NCBI RefSeq assembly: GCF_001194135.2
Contig: NC_069001.1
Location: 22,099,059-22,139,206 of the forward strand
Length of the DNA: 40,148 nucleotides
Source of the DNA: Octopus bimaculoides
Lineage: Eukaryota
Direction of reading: 5' to 3'
Positions 10,051-20,860 of this stretch are shown here, in pieces (the stretch's first letter is position 1; every line of letters starts with the position of its first letter). The notes beneath the pieces were generated by a model, which searched no databases, was not told where the DNA came from, and saw only the letters and a program-made list of their open reading frames with translations. Both the position numbers and the translations under genes were made by a program.

Positions 10051-10894
10051 ACCATACCAACGACTTAATGTTATGATATAACACTCTAAAATTAATGAGT
10101 GTTTTACTAATGTTGAGGTCAATTCTAGGAAATAGCATAGCAAATAATATGGCGACAGAGATGCACAATATCTTGAGGAAATTTTATCCTACATCTGTTT
10201 AGCGAAATGAAAGTAGAGAAAAATACTGGCTTGGTGGTCTGTTATAGACAGTGAAAGAACATACATTATATAGTTTTATCAATTTAAAATATATTGTTTC
10301 ACTTTAAAGCACGATATCATCGTTCGACTGAATTCTAGGTTATACTTCTTGGCTACTTTACATTAATAGTTGGAATGTACAATTATTGGCTAAGTGTGGT
10401 GGTTATATTCAATACAGGATTTGTAAAACCTAAAGTTTCGACACATTCAATGCGATTCTTCAAAAGTTGCGAGTCAATAACAGCAGCAAATAAGTAGATG
10501 TTTAGGGACCGCCAGAATGTCACATTTCTGTAGTGGCTGCAAGGAGAGTAACGGTGGACCAAGAGGTGGATTGCGAATAATGACTGACATGAGGAGAAGA
10601 TGGCTGAGCGTGGAGTGCCTAAGTACTCATGACCCGAATCAATCTATTTCTGAGGAGCAGAGGTCGCTCGAATGTAATAAAACTAGAAAAGCTCAATTGT
10701 AAAGCTATCACTCAAGTGGACTACAGGTGGACATGTGCTCGTGAGCGACTTCACGGCAATCAATAAGCGACGTTTCTTTCGATGTCATCTAGATTGTGAG
10801 GAAACATCCTCTCTGATGTGAGAGCAGTAATCAATCATAAGTCTCACCTGAGTTTTGTAGCTGGTTAGTAGCTGTCGGAGAAGAAATTTTTCAA

Positions 10895-11320
10895 GGTGAT
10901 GCCCCAGCACGGTCACAGTCAAAAATAACTGAAACAAATAAAAGATAAAAGGTTACCAACCACATGGTTCCGGGTTCATTCCCACTGCGTGGCACCTTGG
11001 GCAATTGTCTTCTACCATAGCTTCGGGCCGACCAAAGCCTTGTGAGTGGATTTGGTAGACGGAAACTGAAAAGAAGCCTGCTGTATATATGTATATATAT
11101 GTGTGTCTGTGTTTGTCCGTCTCTGTTTGTCCCACGAACATCGCTTGACAATCGATGGTAATGTGCTTACGTCCACGTAACTTAGCGGTTTGGCAAAAGA
11201 GACCGATAGAATAAGTACTAGGCATCCAAAGAATAAGTCCTGGGGTCGATTTTCTCGACTAAAGGCGGTGCTCTAGCATTGCCGCAGTCAAATGACTGAA
11301 ACAAGTAAAAGAGTAAAAGA

Positions 11321-11321
<1 letters not shown>
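10895..11321 (+). mobile_element. OR2-like SINE: isolated 3' tail (10895-10950) directly followed by a 5'-truncated copy (10953-11321)
   Basis: GGTGATGCCCCAGCACGGTCACAGTC...GAAACAAATAAAAG then TTACCAACCACATGGTTCCGGGTTCA...GTAAAAGAGTAAAAGAG(TA)n. Confidence 0.85.
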
Positions 11322-11360
<39 letters not shown>

Positions 11361-11399
11361 ACAAAATAATATGAAAAAATTACAGAAGACTTGTATTAT

Positions 11400-12637
11400 A
11401 TCGTTAAAGAGTATATTTAAATCTTCATGTTAGGAAAATGTTATAAAATTTTGCGTGTAGTGACATTGTTTTCGGAGAAAAAACCGTATTTTCTTTTCAA
11501 ATTTCAGAAATTTCATTTGCGATATTGTGTCATCTCTACGCTATGGCGCGATGTAGGAGAGTTACAAACAGAGGGAGGTAATCAGGGATGTTTTCAGTAT
11601 CAGGGAGATAATAAAAAAATGTTGGGAGTGAATAGGTTTTATTAATTCAACGTGATTTGGCTTTGATAGAATAAAATGTTAGAAGTCGTTAAGTTTTGCT
11701 TTATAATTTTCAATGAGGTAAGTTTCTTCATTTAAAAATGCTAGAAATGGTTGTCTTGTCTTATATTTTTCAATAAAGTATGTTTTCTTATTTAATCTAA
11801 CTTGTGTTAGTGTTCCAATGGTACATTGATAAAATAGAAAGGTTACAGATTGTGGTAGCAGTTGCTTTGCGCTTCTCTCAGTGTGTTCACTATCATTCTG
11901 TATTCTGGGAATGCAATGTGCTGGTCGGTGCTCTCTGAGCGATAATCCCGTGGACCCTTTGTAGTTTTGATGGCAGCCCGAGCATCTTATAACCTAAATC
12001 AGGTTTTCTGAGGCAAAGTAAAATCAGATTTGATTTTGATTTTTTGTCCCTGTTTAAAAACGATTTCTGATCCTTATAGAAGGTTTGGGCATGTTGTGCA
12101 ATTTGGTCGACTATATTTTTTTACTTCTCCGTCCGTTATTTTAGAAAATAATTTTGCTTTTGTGAGGATCTCTTTTAGTGATTTCGGTTGTTTGTGGCTT
12201 TTATTGATCTTACGTGTGTGTAAAATTTCCTTTAATTTTGGGTCCTTATGTAGCATTGGTAGACTTTGGGTGATGATGGTGAAGGCTTCTTTGTTTCTTG
12301 GCAGAATTTTCGGGGAAGGTGTGTTACTGTGTTGAACTTTTCTTAAGGTTTTTATGTCGATTTGTTTTGCACGTCTGATTCCATCCTCTGTGAGTTGAAG
12401 TGGGTAGTGTCTGTCAATTAGGATGGTTTTGAGTTCTTGCAGTCTAAAGTCTCTGGTATATTTTTTCTGACACTATGGGGCACATCCTTCTTGCAAGGTT
12501 GAAGGGGATGTTTGTTTTGGTGTGTCTTAGGTGGCATGAATTAAATAGTAGATATAGTTTGGCGTCTGTGGTTTTGTAAAATATGTCAGTTTCTATTCTT
12601 AGGTTTAATTTTTAACTAGTGTATCCAAGACGTGTGA
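11400..12637 (-). mobile_element. Second Poseidon-type Penelope-like element copy (RT thumb + GIY-YIG + 3' UTR), runs into a gap
   Basis: Minus strand: TDIFYKTTDAKLYLLFNSCHLRHTKTNIPFNLARRMCPIV, LHKDPKLKEIL...KQPKSLKEILTKAKLFS...CTTCPNLL and ENLI*VIRCSGCHQNYKGSTG. Alignable by eye to 3660-4400. Confidence 0.9.
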
Positions 12638-13014
12638 NNNNNNNNNNNNNNNNNNNNNNNNNNNNNNNNNNNNNNNNNNNNNNNNNNNNNNNNNNNNNNN
12701 NNNNNNNNNNNNNNNNNNNNNNNNNNNNNNNNNNNNNNNNNNNNNNNNNNNNNNNNNNNNNNNNNNNNNNNNNNNNNNNNNNNNNNNNNNNNNNNNNNNN
12801 NNNNNNNNNNNNNNNNNNNNNNNNNNATATATATATGCATATATTGTCAGTTGGTAAAGTTAACGAAGGCATGAAATAATAATACAATGTTAGCAAACGA
12901 AGGAAGTAAACCTGAAATACTATATGAATTAAGGAGTAAGAGAAAAAGAAAAATGAAGAGAAAAATCATAGAAAAAGAAGTGTTAGTATCATAGTTAATA
13001 CTAGCCGTAGAGTC

Positions 13015-13125
13015 GAGGGCGGTGAGATGGCAGGATCATTAGCAGGCCGGGCAACACGCTTACCAGCATTTTGTCTGTCCTTACGTTGTGAGTTCACATT
13101 CCGCCGAGGTCGAGTTTTCCTTTCG
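13015..13125 (+). mobile_element. OR1-like/Meta-domain SINE fragment
   Basis: GGCGGTGAGATGGCAGGATCATTAGC...GAGTTCACATTCCGCCGAGGTCGA matches the family head. Confidence 0.75.
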
Positions 13126-13199
13126 TGTGAGTTAACATGAGTACCAGTTGCGCACTGGAGATGTAGTCTAGCCTGCTCCTCTCTTAGGCTTGCTGGAAT

Positions 13200-13610
13200 T
13201 GTACCCAAACTTGAAGTTTAGTTTCTGCGGGAATTTTAGTTTGAGAATTGTAACAAAATTTAACTTTTTCCGTAGGAAGAAATTGATGCTATTTTAGGCT
13301 AACACTAATGTGTTACGTTTTGGATAGAGTTAGGGTTACGGATAACCATTTAAGCATAACATTTAGGGTTACACTTTCGGTTCGGTAAAATGTTAGTTTC
13401 GAGTTAGAGTATGAGTTCTTGTCTGAAGTTAGGTTTCGTGTTTAGGAAATATCTGCGGGTTCGAGTTAGACTGAGAATAGTGTAAGAGTACTAAATTTGG
13501 CGTTATAAGTTGAATTTAGTTTGTGTAGAACTGATGGCAAATGGATTGTTACTGTTGTGTTTAGTGTCAGGATTAGGGTATGCTGTAATTTAGAGTTAGT
13601 AAAAGAAAAA
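13200..13610 (+). repeat. Highly degenerate TTAGGG-like hexamer tract (interstitial telomere-like)
   Basis: Exact TTAGGG at ~13331, ~13363 and ~13573 amid many TTAGNN/TTCGNN variants with roughly 6-bp phasing. Confidence 0.5.
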
Positions 13611-13732
13611 TGAAACAGAAAATAAAATGAAAATGAGGGGTAACTGAAAATTAGAGTAATAAATGTAGAAATCAAAGCACGAAAAAGAAGTTATTAAAAC
13701 AAATAAATGTAAAGTAGCAAGGAAATTTATTT

Positions 13733-13777
13733 ATGTGTGTGAATGTATGTGTATGTGTGTTTGCATGTGTGTGTGTG

Positions 13778-13819
<42 letters not shown>

Positions 13820-13878
13820 CGTGCGTGCGTGCGTGTGTGTGTGTGTGCGCGCGTGTGTGTGCGTGTGTGTGTGTGTGT
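13733..13878. repeat. (GT)n/(GCGT)n microsatellite
   Basis: Direct reading. Confidence 0.97.
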
Positions 13879-14443
13879 TATTTTGAGAAATATGAGTCCT
13901 GATACTGTATGGACTTTGTTATATAACTTTACTCTATATTGTATTCAATAGAATTTCAGTTAACTGCAAAGTTCCATTAAAAAATCTTTCTTTTTTCCTA
14001 ATTTCATTTTACTGTGCAGTCTCTTCCTCTTCATTCCATTACAGAAGAGCACGACAAGATTAGATTCTCTATATAGATAGCAATCCCGCGTACCAATGTT
14101 TGAAATCCTAACTATATCATTAGCTCTTACCGACCCACACCAGCTTCACACAAGCATCGCATAAGCACATAACTTGATCATCACCACATTGATTCATCTG
14201 ATGACTACTTATCTTGCATTATTCAAACATCACTGCGCCAAAGATATAACATACAAACTTATAATCAGAAAAACAAAGAGATTAAAGATTAGAGATTAGA
14301 AATCAACACGGATCTCGTCCATTTTCTTTCATTGCAGCGTTCTTCATGATGTAAGATAATGGGAAATTTAAAAAAAAATCTGCGTGCGTGTCTCCTTGAG
14401 ATAGGCATACTGCACTACTGTATGTGTTTTCAGTACACATAGG

Positions 14444-14486
<43 letters not shown>

Positions 14487-14578
14487 NNNNNNNNNNNNNN
14501 NNNNNNNNNNNNNNNNNNNNNNNNNNNNNNNNNNNNNNNNNNNNNNNNNNNNNNNNNNNNNNNNNNNNNNNNNNNNNN

Positions 14579-14612
<34 letters not shown>

Positions 14613-15329
14613 CATGTATGTATGTATGTATGTATGTATATATATATATATATTTATATATAATTTTTAAGATTTGTCTATTACTCAAAGAATCATGTGA
14701 TATAGCAAGAATACAAGAAATACGGCATATCTGTAATATTCAAAATTATTTCTAAGTCAGATAAGAGGATTTGTGATCTGAAGATTTACTCAACTAATTC
14801 TTTTCTTTTTGTCTTTCATTCTTTCGTGTTCCTTACTCTTTGCTTCCTTATTATTTAATCATTTTTTTCTCTGTTCTTCCAATATGATTTTGATTTGTAC
14901 AAATCTTGCTATTATCTTCAGGATCATAGTTTAAAATCTTTTAACAGCTTTCGAAATGAAGATTACAGTATTATTTTAAAGTAAGGTGAGAAAGGATTTA
15001 GTTATATTTGTATGCGTCTTCTTTCTTTTACCTTTTATTTGAAATGATTTTTCTTCAGTGTTTGATACAATTAGCAGCACTTCCAAAGGCTTTTCCAGCA
15101 ACTTCAACGCATTTTATCATTTTTGGAACTTCTAAAATATCGTGTTACACGTGAAACAGGAAAACTGACAAGTAGTTATATCGATATGGTATGTATAAGT
15201 TGTATGATCAACTTGTTTGACTTCTCCCTCGCGGGCAACATTATCTCTACGAAGAAGCAAATATGTGTACACTAATTTAGTTGCTGTTATTGTTAATTCT
15301 GACTGCAAAGTCGGGCTGCAAAGTACTTA

Positions 15330-15500
15330 CCAGAATTTCATCCGTCTTTACATTCTGCGTTCAAATTCCGCCAAGGCTGACTGTGCCTTTCATCCTTCGG
15401 AATCGATAAAATAAATGCCAGTTGAACAGTGGTGTCGATGTAATTAATTCACCTTTCCCATAAATTTGCTGGCCTTGTGCCAAAATTTGAAATCATTATT
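15330..15500 (+). mobile_element. OR1-like/Meta SINE, 5'-decayed, with CCTTGTGCCAAAATTTGAAA tail
   Basis: GTTCAAATTCCGCCAAGGCTGACTGTGCCTTTCATCC...GGCCTTGTGCCAAAATTTGAAATC. Confidence 0.8.
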
Positions 15501-16038
15501 AATTCTGACTGTCATGCGCTGGGGTTTATATCAACTAACCATTCACCTCAAAACTGCTTGTCTTTTGCATGAAGTAGAAATATTGCTAGCGTTGTTGTTG
15601 CATTATAGCACCAGGTTAAATCCATGTTTTGTTTAACAGTGTGCACCCAAAATTTATTAACTCGTTCGAAAAATCTGAAACAGTAGTGAAAGAGTCGATG
15701 GTAGAAGAAAAAATATCAACTGTGCATTTGATAAATCTTATAAAGAGCTATTTTGGGTTTAATCGTTTTACTAAATCCCCCTTAAAAGTGAGGCAGATCT
15801 AGTGAAATTTGCGTTGTATTAATTTCTGATATGAGATACAATTAATCGTGTTTTATGAGAGAATATAATTTGAAAGTTTTGCATATTTTTTACAAAATTA
15901 TTGACTTGAACTCGTGTATTGAAACAAATCTTTCTCTGACTTGGGAATGATAATAAACATATAGATGGATTCAATGACACTTTATTCTTAGTCAATTTGT
16001 TAGTTGTGTACTGAGCAACGAATTTATCGTTTGTTTAA

Positions 16039-16245
16039 CTCTTTAGCATTCAAATACTCTCTCAAATGTATGAATGTTTTGTATTAATCATGCATTATCT
16101 CATACCTTTGAGATTTCAAAAATGTGGTTGTTTGTTTTAGAATGATATTGTAGGATAGATGTGAGAGGCTAGATCTGGCTCGTTTGAGCATAAAACTGGT
16201 AAAATATTTTCACAGAATATGGCCGGCGGTTTAAATTTTAAAGCA
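16039..16245. mobile_element. piggyBac-like MITE with TTAA target-site duplication
   Basis: TTAA (16035-16038) + CTCTTTAGCATT ... AATTTTAAAGCA + TTAA (16246-16249). These are degenerate CCCTTTAGCATT/AATGCTAAAGGG-type TIRs around a ~200-bp non-coding body. Confidence 0.6.
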
Positions 16246-16799
16246 TTAATCTGTTGGTTAAATAAATAATTAGTTGTTTGTTGAAGTCCTTTCCTCACCA
16301 TTTGTAACCTCATCTCTAGCATGCCCTGTCTCCTCCAAGTCTACTTCGAGTCTGGTTTTAGGTTCATTACATTAGCTAAAAGTACTACATTTTAAAATCA
16401 TTTTTTTATTTGTGATTCATAAATTTTGGCAGTGTTTTGGTCTTTTAGAAAACAGAACTAAACAGAAGGACAGATTGCTACGGCTATCACGAGAAAAAAC
16501 ACATTGTGGAGAGAACTATCTAGTATTATCTAATTTCACGGGTCTCATTTTGCTTGAAACGATGAACGCTATTTATGTGGAATAAACCAGTGACACGTTA
16601 CATGATGGCAAGGAATAATGGTCAATTCCTGCGCGAAAGGCCGGAGTTATCGACCCTGTAATTATTATTCAGAAGTTTAACTTTACAAAGATGTGGTAAA
16701 TGACTCACTCGTTGTGCCTCACTCGTTTGTCAAAAGAGCAATGAATTCTACACTACAAAATCCTTTAGTTATTTATACCAAATCAAAGAGTATCCCGAT

Positions 16800-17150
16800 C
16801 CCAGTGGCAACCAACATAGATTTTACAAGATTACAAAGACATGTTTCTTTCTATTAAACTACTATCCTGTGATATTTGTTAAGCGAAGTGAATTCCTCTA
16901 TGACTGGGTGAACTTGATCTCTAAGTGGTAAATGGAATGTATTTACTGATTATATCTATGTGTTAAATGGAATGTATTTACTGATTATCTCTCTCATGTC
17001 ATCTGGTTTGCTAGAAAGAGAAGTCAAATATCCTGCAAAACACAAATGTTAGGACTTATTTGTGAACAACATATTGAAAAGATTTTTGAATGGTCGGGAT
17101 GGAACGAACCCTGTCATCATAAGTCTTCCAGATCAGAGATAACTCAGATA
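16800..17150 (+). repeat. Old interspersed repeat, possibly a third (Nin/Deu-domain-like) octopus SINE; contains a 25-bp tandem duplication
   Basis: TGCTAGAAAGAGAAGTCAAAT and GATGGAAC..GTCATCATAAGTC resemble a remembered octopus repeat, with a related TGCTAGAAACAGC at ~38545. TAAATGGAATGTATTTACTGATTAT is duplicated at 16929-16953 and 16964-16988. Confidence 0.3.
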
Positions 17151-17637
17151 TGAGAGTAATAAACAAAGCGAGATATGAAAGATTAGTATAAAATTAGTTA
17201 CCTTTATATTTTTAGTGTTGAATGCTATAGAAATGGTCAGCTGTGTTCCATGGGCGGAAAGTAGAATATTAATAAAAGTATTTATTGAAAGAAATGAGAA
17301 AATAAAAACTGAAAACTTTTAAACGAAGTAAAATAACAAAAACATATTTAAAATTTTTTATTGGCAATTTTGAGGGGAAACTGATTGTAGTCTAACCCAT
17401 TATCCTAAAGTCAAGAACAGCACTCTTTGAGGATTTTCGTAGTAAACAACAACAACAACAATAGTTATAAGAAACGTAATGGCTACTACAAGATCAAAAT
17501 CAACATCGCTAAAACATCAACCAAAATAAAAGAGAGACACACAAGGACCAGAGCATCAACAATAACACAAAATAATGATAATGAACATGATTTCTTACAA
17601 AATCAGGTGCAACGACAAGAACATTAAAAATGATGAT

Positions 17638-17640
<3 letters not shown>

Positions 17641-17682
<42 letters not shown>

Positions 17683-17720
17683 CATAATAATAATAATAAC
17701 AATTACAATAGCAACAATAA
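17641..17720. repeat. (AAT)n microsatellite
   Basis: Direct reading; explains the poly-N pseudo-ORF. Confidence 0.95.
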
Positions 17721-18199
17721 TGGTGGTAACAATAGATTCATTGCCTGTTCAGTCGTTGGGATAATTTTCACTTTGTGATTAGAATTCTTAATCTTTTCGA
17801 TGACAAAGCTACAAAATGTGTTTTTGGCTCTTTTTTCTGCTTTCATTTTTAACTGCTTACTTTTTCCTTTCATCTCCTTTTTGCTATTTTTGGCATTGAA
17901 GAATTCACAAGCATATATTGAAAAGACGCCGATGCTTCTTCAAAATTCGGATGAATTTATAAGAAGCAAGAACTGAAATAAAACATATGAAGAGAAATAT
18001 ATGATATATACAATAGAATATTTCTAACCTTAGTATGAAATATATATTGGAAAATAAGCTGACCCTTAGAGAGATCAAACATGTTATCTAAACATAGTAG
18101 AGTCAAAAACTTAAGAACTTCGCATGTTCCATCAAATCAGAATTTAAATGCTAAATTTCAAAGAGGGCATGCAATTAACTCAGTTTTGTTGATCTTAGG

Positions 18200-18237
<38 letters not shown>

Positions 18238-20039
18238 AGAGGTTTCAAATAATGGTGTAGCTCAGTCAACGGCGGTGCCCCAGCATGACCGCACCGCAGC
18301 TTTGGAGCTTAAACATTTCAAAGAAATTTTAAGAAATTAAATATNNNNNNNNNNNNNNNNNNNNNNNNNNNNNNNNNNNNNNNNNNNNNNNNNNNNNNNN
18401 NNNNNNNNNNNNNNNNNNNNNNNNNNNNNNNNNNNNNNNNNNNNNNNNNNNNNNNNNNNNNNNTATATATATATATATATATATATATATCCTCCCTGCT
18501 TCTGTTGTGAGACTGCAGCTATGCTGGGGCACAATCTTAAAGAATTCTTAGTCAAGAAGTGAAATGGAAATAATAACATGTTTCTCTACCTACAAGGTGA
18601 GGATCATATATAGGTTATATAATATTATTACTTCACACTTAGTAGGGAAGACGATGAGCTCGTCATACATGTAAGCTATGGCAATTTGAGAACTCAGAAG
18701 GAAAAAGATTTGGAGCAAAGTACATAAGGCTCGCCATTCTTTCAGCGCTGTACTGCATTATTACATTATATCAACCCCAATTGGATGAAAGGTAGCGATT
18801 TCCGCAACCAGTTGAAACAAATTCTTTATGGAATCCTCTCCGACACTCTAATATGCTTGATAAATTGTCGTTAATAAAAACAAAATAAAAATTAATTGAA
18901 TTCACATGTGCAACGTGAGAAAAATAAGGTTTGTCGTTTACTTTTGGTTAAGTCTTTTTTTCAGATATCACCGAAAGCAGAGGCCCTGAATATTTTACTC
19001 GAATTGTTTGCTGAATAAGAGACGAAAGAAAGAGACTGAAGAAGAAAGAAACAGGTAATAAAATAGTGATAGATTTGCTAGAGCCTTTAGTCGGTAGCAG
19101 GTTTACCTCTGCTGATAAGGTAGTTCGATTTATTGAATAGAATTCCCTCTACCAATACAAGCTACTTATTTTTCAAGTGGCTAATTTATTTCCCAAGCCT
19201 TTCAGTCAGTAAAACTGTCAATTCTGCTGTTTGGAATGCTTTTTCCAATTAAATATTTATTGATGTCCTTTTTTGCGTATATTGAAACACAGTAACTGTA
19301 GAATTCAAATTTATATATATATATATCAAGAGATCATAAATATATAGATAAAAGTATTATGAAATACTCATTGATATTCATTATTTCTTACAGATCTTAC
19401 TAACATACACACACAAATGCGAAGAATGCTTCAAATCACTAATACGAAATACGTCATACTGGCGAAAGTTGAACCTTAGCAAAGTAACGTGCAATTATTT
19501 AAAATAATATGCATTATTTTACAGTAATTATAAGATTCATGGAAGAGATAACAGAAAACTAATTTTGTCATACATATTGTATAAAAATATATGTTTATTG
19601 TATAATATTTATCAATTATACTTTGAAATTATCCAGATTTTAGAATAGTGCAATTTCTAAAATCCATGGGTAGTGAAATGTCATCATTTTAATGCGGGAG
19701 AGAATTCATGGATTTGTTTATAGATTGTTTTTGAACTTCAAGAAATGCTGTTACTGAATGGTCTCCTTGTCTACGAATCTTTTTTTTCAGTTGGGGAGAA
19801 CAAATCCAACAGCTTATGCAGAGAATGGCTACAGATAATAGAAGAGAAAATATCAATGCTTTTATTTCTATACGCTTCATTTCAACTAACATAACGTATT
19901 TGGAATGGGCACTGACAAAATACCTGAAATAGTTTCCGCTTGATTACATGTAGACTAAAAGTTACGCTGAGAACTATCCTTTAGGCGTACCTTGCCTACA
20001 AACGAAGAAGTTGATGTATGGATCCCTGGTAATTACGAA

Positions 20040-20860
20040 GAAACTCATCAAACTAGTAAAATAAGCAGTTTTCTGAACATCTTCTACTCTCATGTCAATC
20101 TCAAATTCTCCAGAAATTTGCCCTGTACTTTACACTCTTTTCTAGTTCTTTGTCATCCACTTGTACATCCCTAGGTATTGCAATGTCTATGTCTTGGTTT
20201 CCTTCATCATTTTATCAACTATAATAATGTCTGGTCTCCGAGTATCAATCACTAAATCACTCTGGATTGTAAACTCTCACAAGATCCAATACTCCTTCTT
20301 GGTGACGCCTTATGCTTTATGCTTAATACTATTTTAATGTCCTTTCAATACCATACTTTTCACACAAACTCCAATGAACATACCTAGCTACGTTATCATG
20401 CATCCGTTTGTAGACTGTTTCGTTTTAGCTGCCACACATCACTACATTTATCTATTATCCATTACCTACCGGAAGAATATTTAAAACTCAAAGGAAGTAT
20501 CCCTGCGTCTTACATACTGCAGAACAGTGTCTTCGGCATCATAAACCTCGGATGAACCCTCAGCAATAGAATTACTTCAACTTTGTAAAGTCCTTTTTTT
20601 TTCCAATTCTCAAATTTGCTTTTGTAAGTAATACTTCTACGGAGAAGCCTACCTTCTATTCTGTCTACCTCTTTACCCACTCCACACTGCACATATTAGG
20701 TATTCAATCTATTCCTTTCCGCACTAGCCAGTTTAACTCCACATACAGATACAGACTAATTGCGAAAGCATCTCCGATGACATCATACAAAGTAGACAAC
20801 CGTCCATGACAATGTCATTTCATTGGCTTCAACTAACGCACCTAGAAATTTACCCAAATT
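20040..20860 (-). mobile_element. 3' fragment of an R4/Dong-like RLE-type non-LTR retrotransposon, decayed
   Basis: Minus strand: YKRMHDNVARYVHWSLCEKYG, WIL*EFTIQSDLVIDTRRPDIIIVDK, IDIAIPRDVQVDDKELEKSVKYR and IDMRVEDVQKTA. These are the RHD/PD...D..K restriction-like endonuclease motifs. Confidence 0.88.

Noticed and set aside
10640-10680. CTGAGGA GC…GCTC GAAT hammerhead-like string
   Set aside because: GAAA is broken (GAAT), stem II does not pair in register, and stems I and III are not found.
16600-16660. ATGATG-GCAAGGAAT…ATTCCTGC-GCGAAAG hairpin resembling hammerhead stem II
   Set aside because: The core reads CAUGAUGG rather than CUGANGA, with no NUH site or stem I pairing.
17800-17976. 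58-aa ORF MTKLQNVFLALFSAFIFNCLLFPFISFLLFLALKNSQAYIEK… resembling a signal peptide or TM micro-protein
   Set aside because: The hydrophobicity comes from a T-rich tract next to a microsatellite; no independent support.
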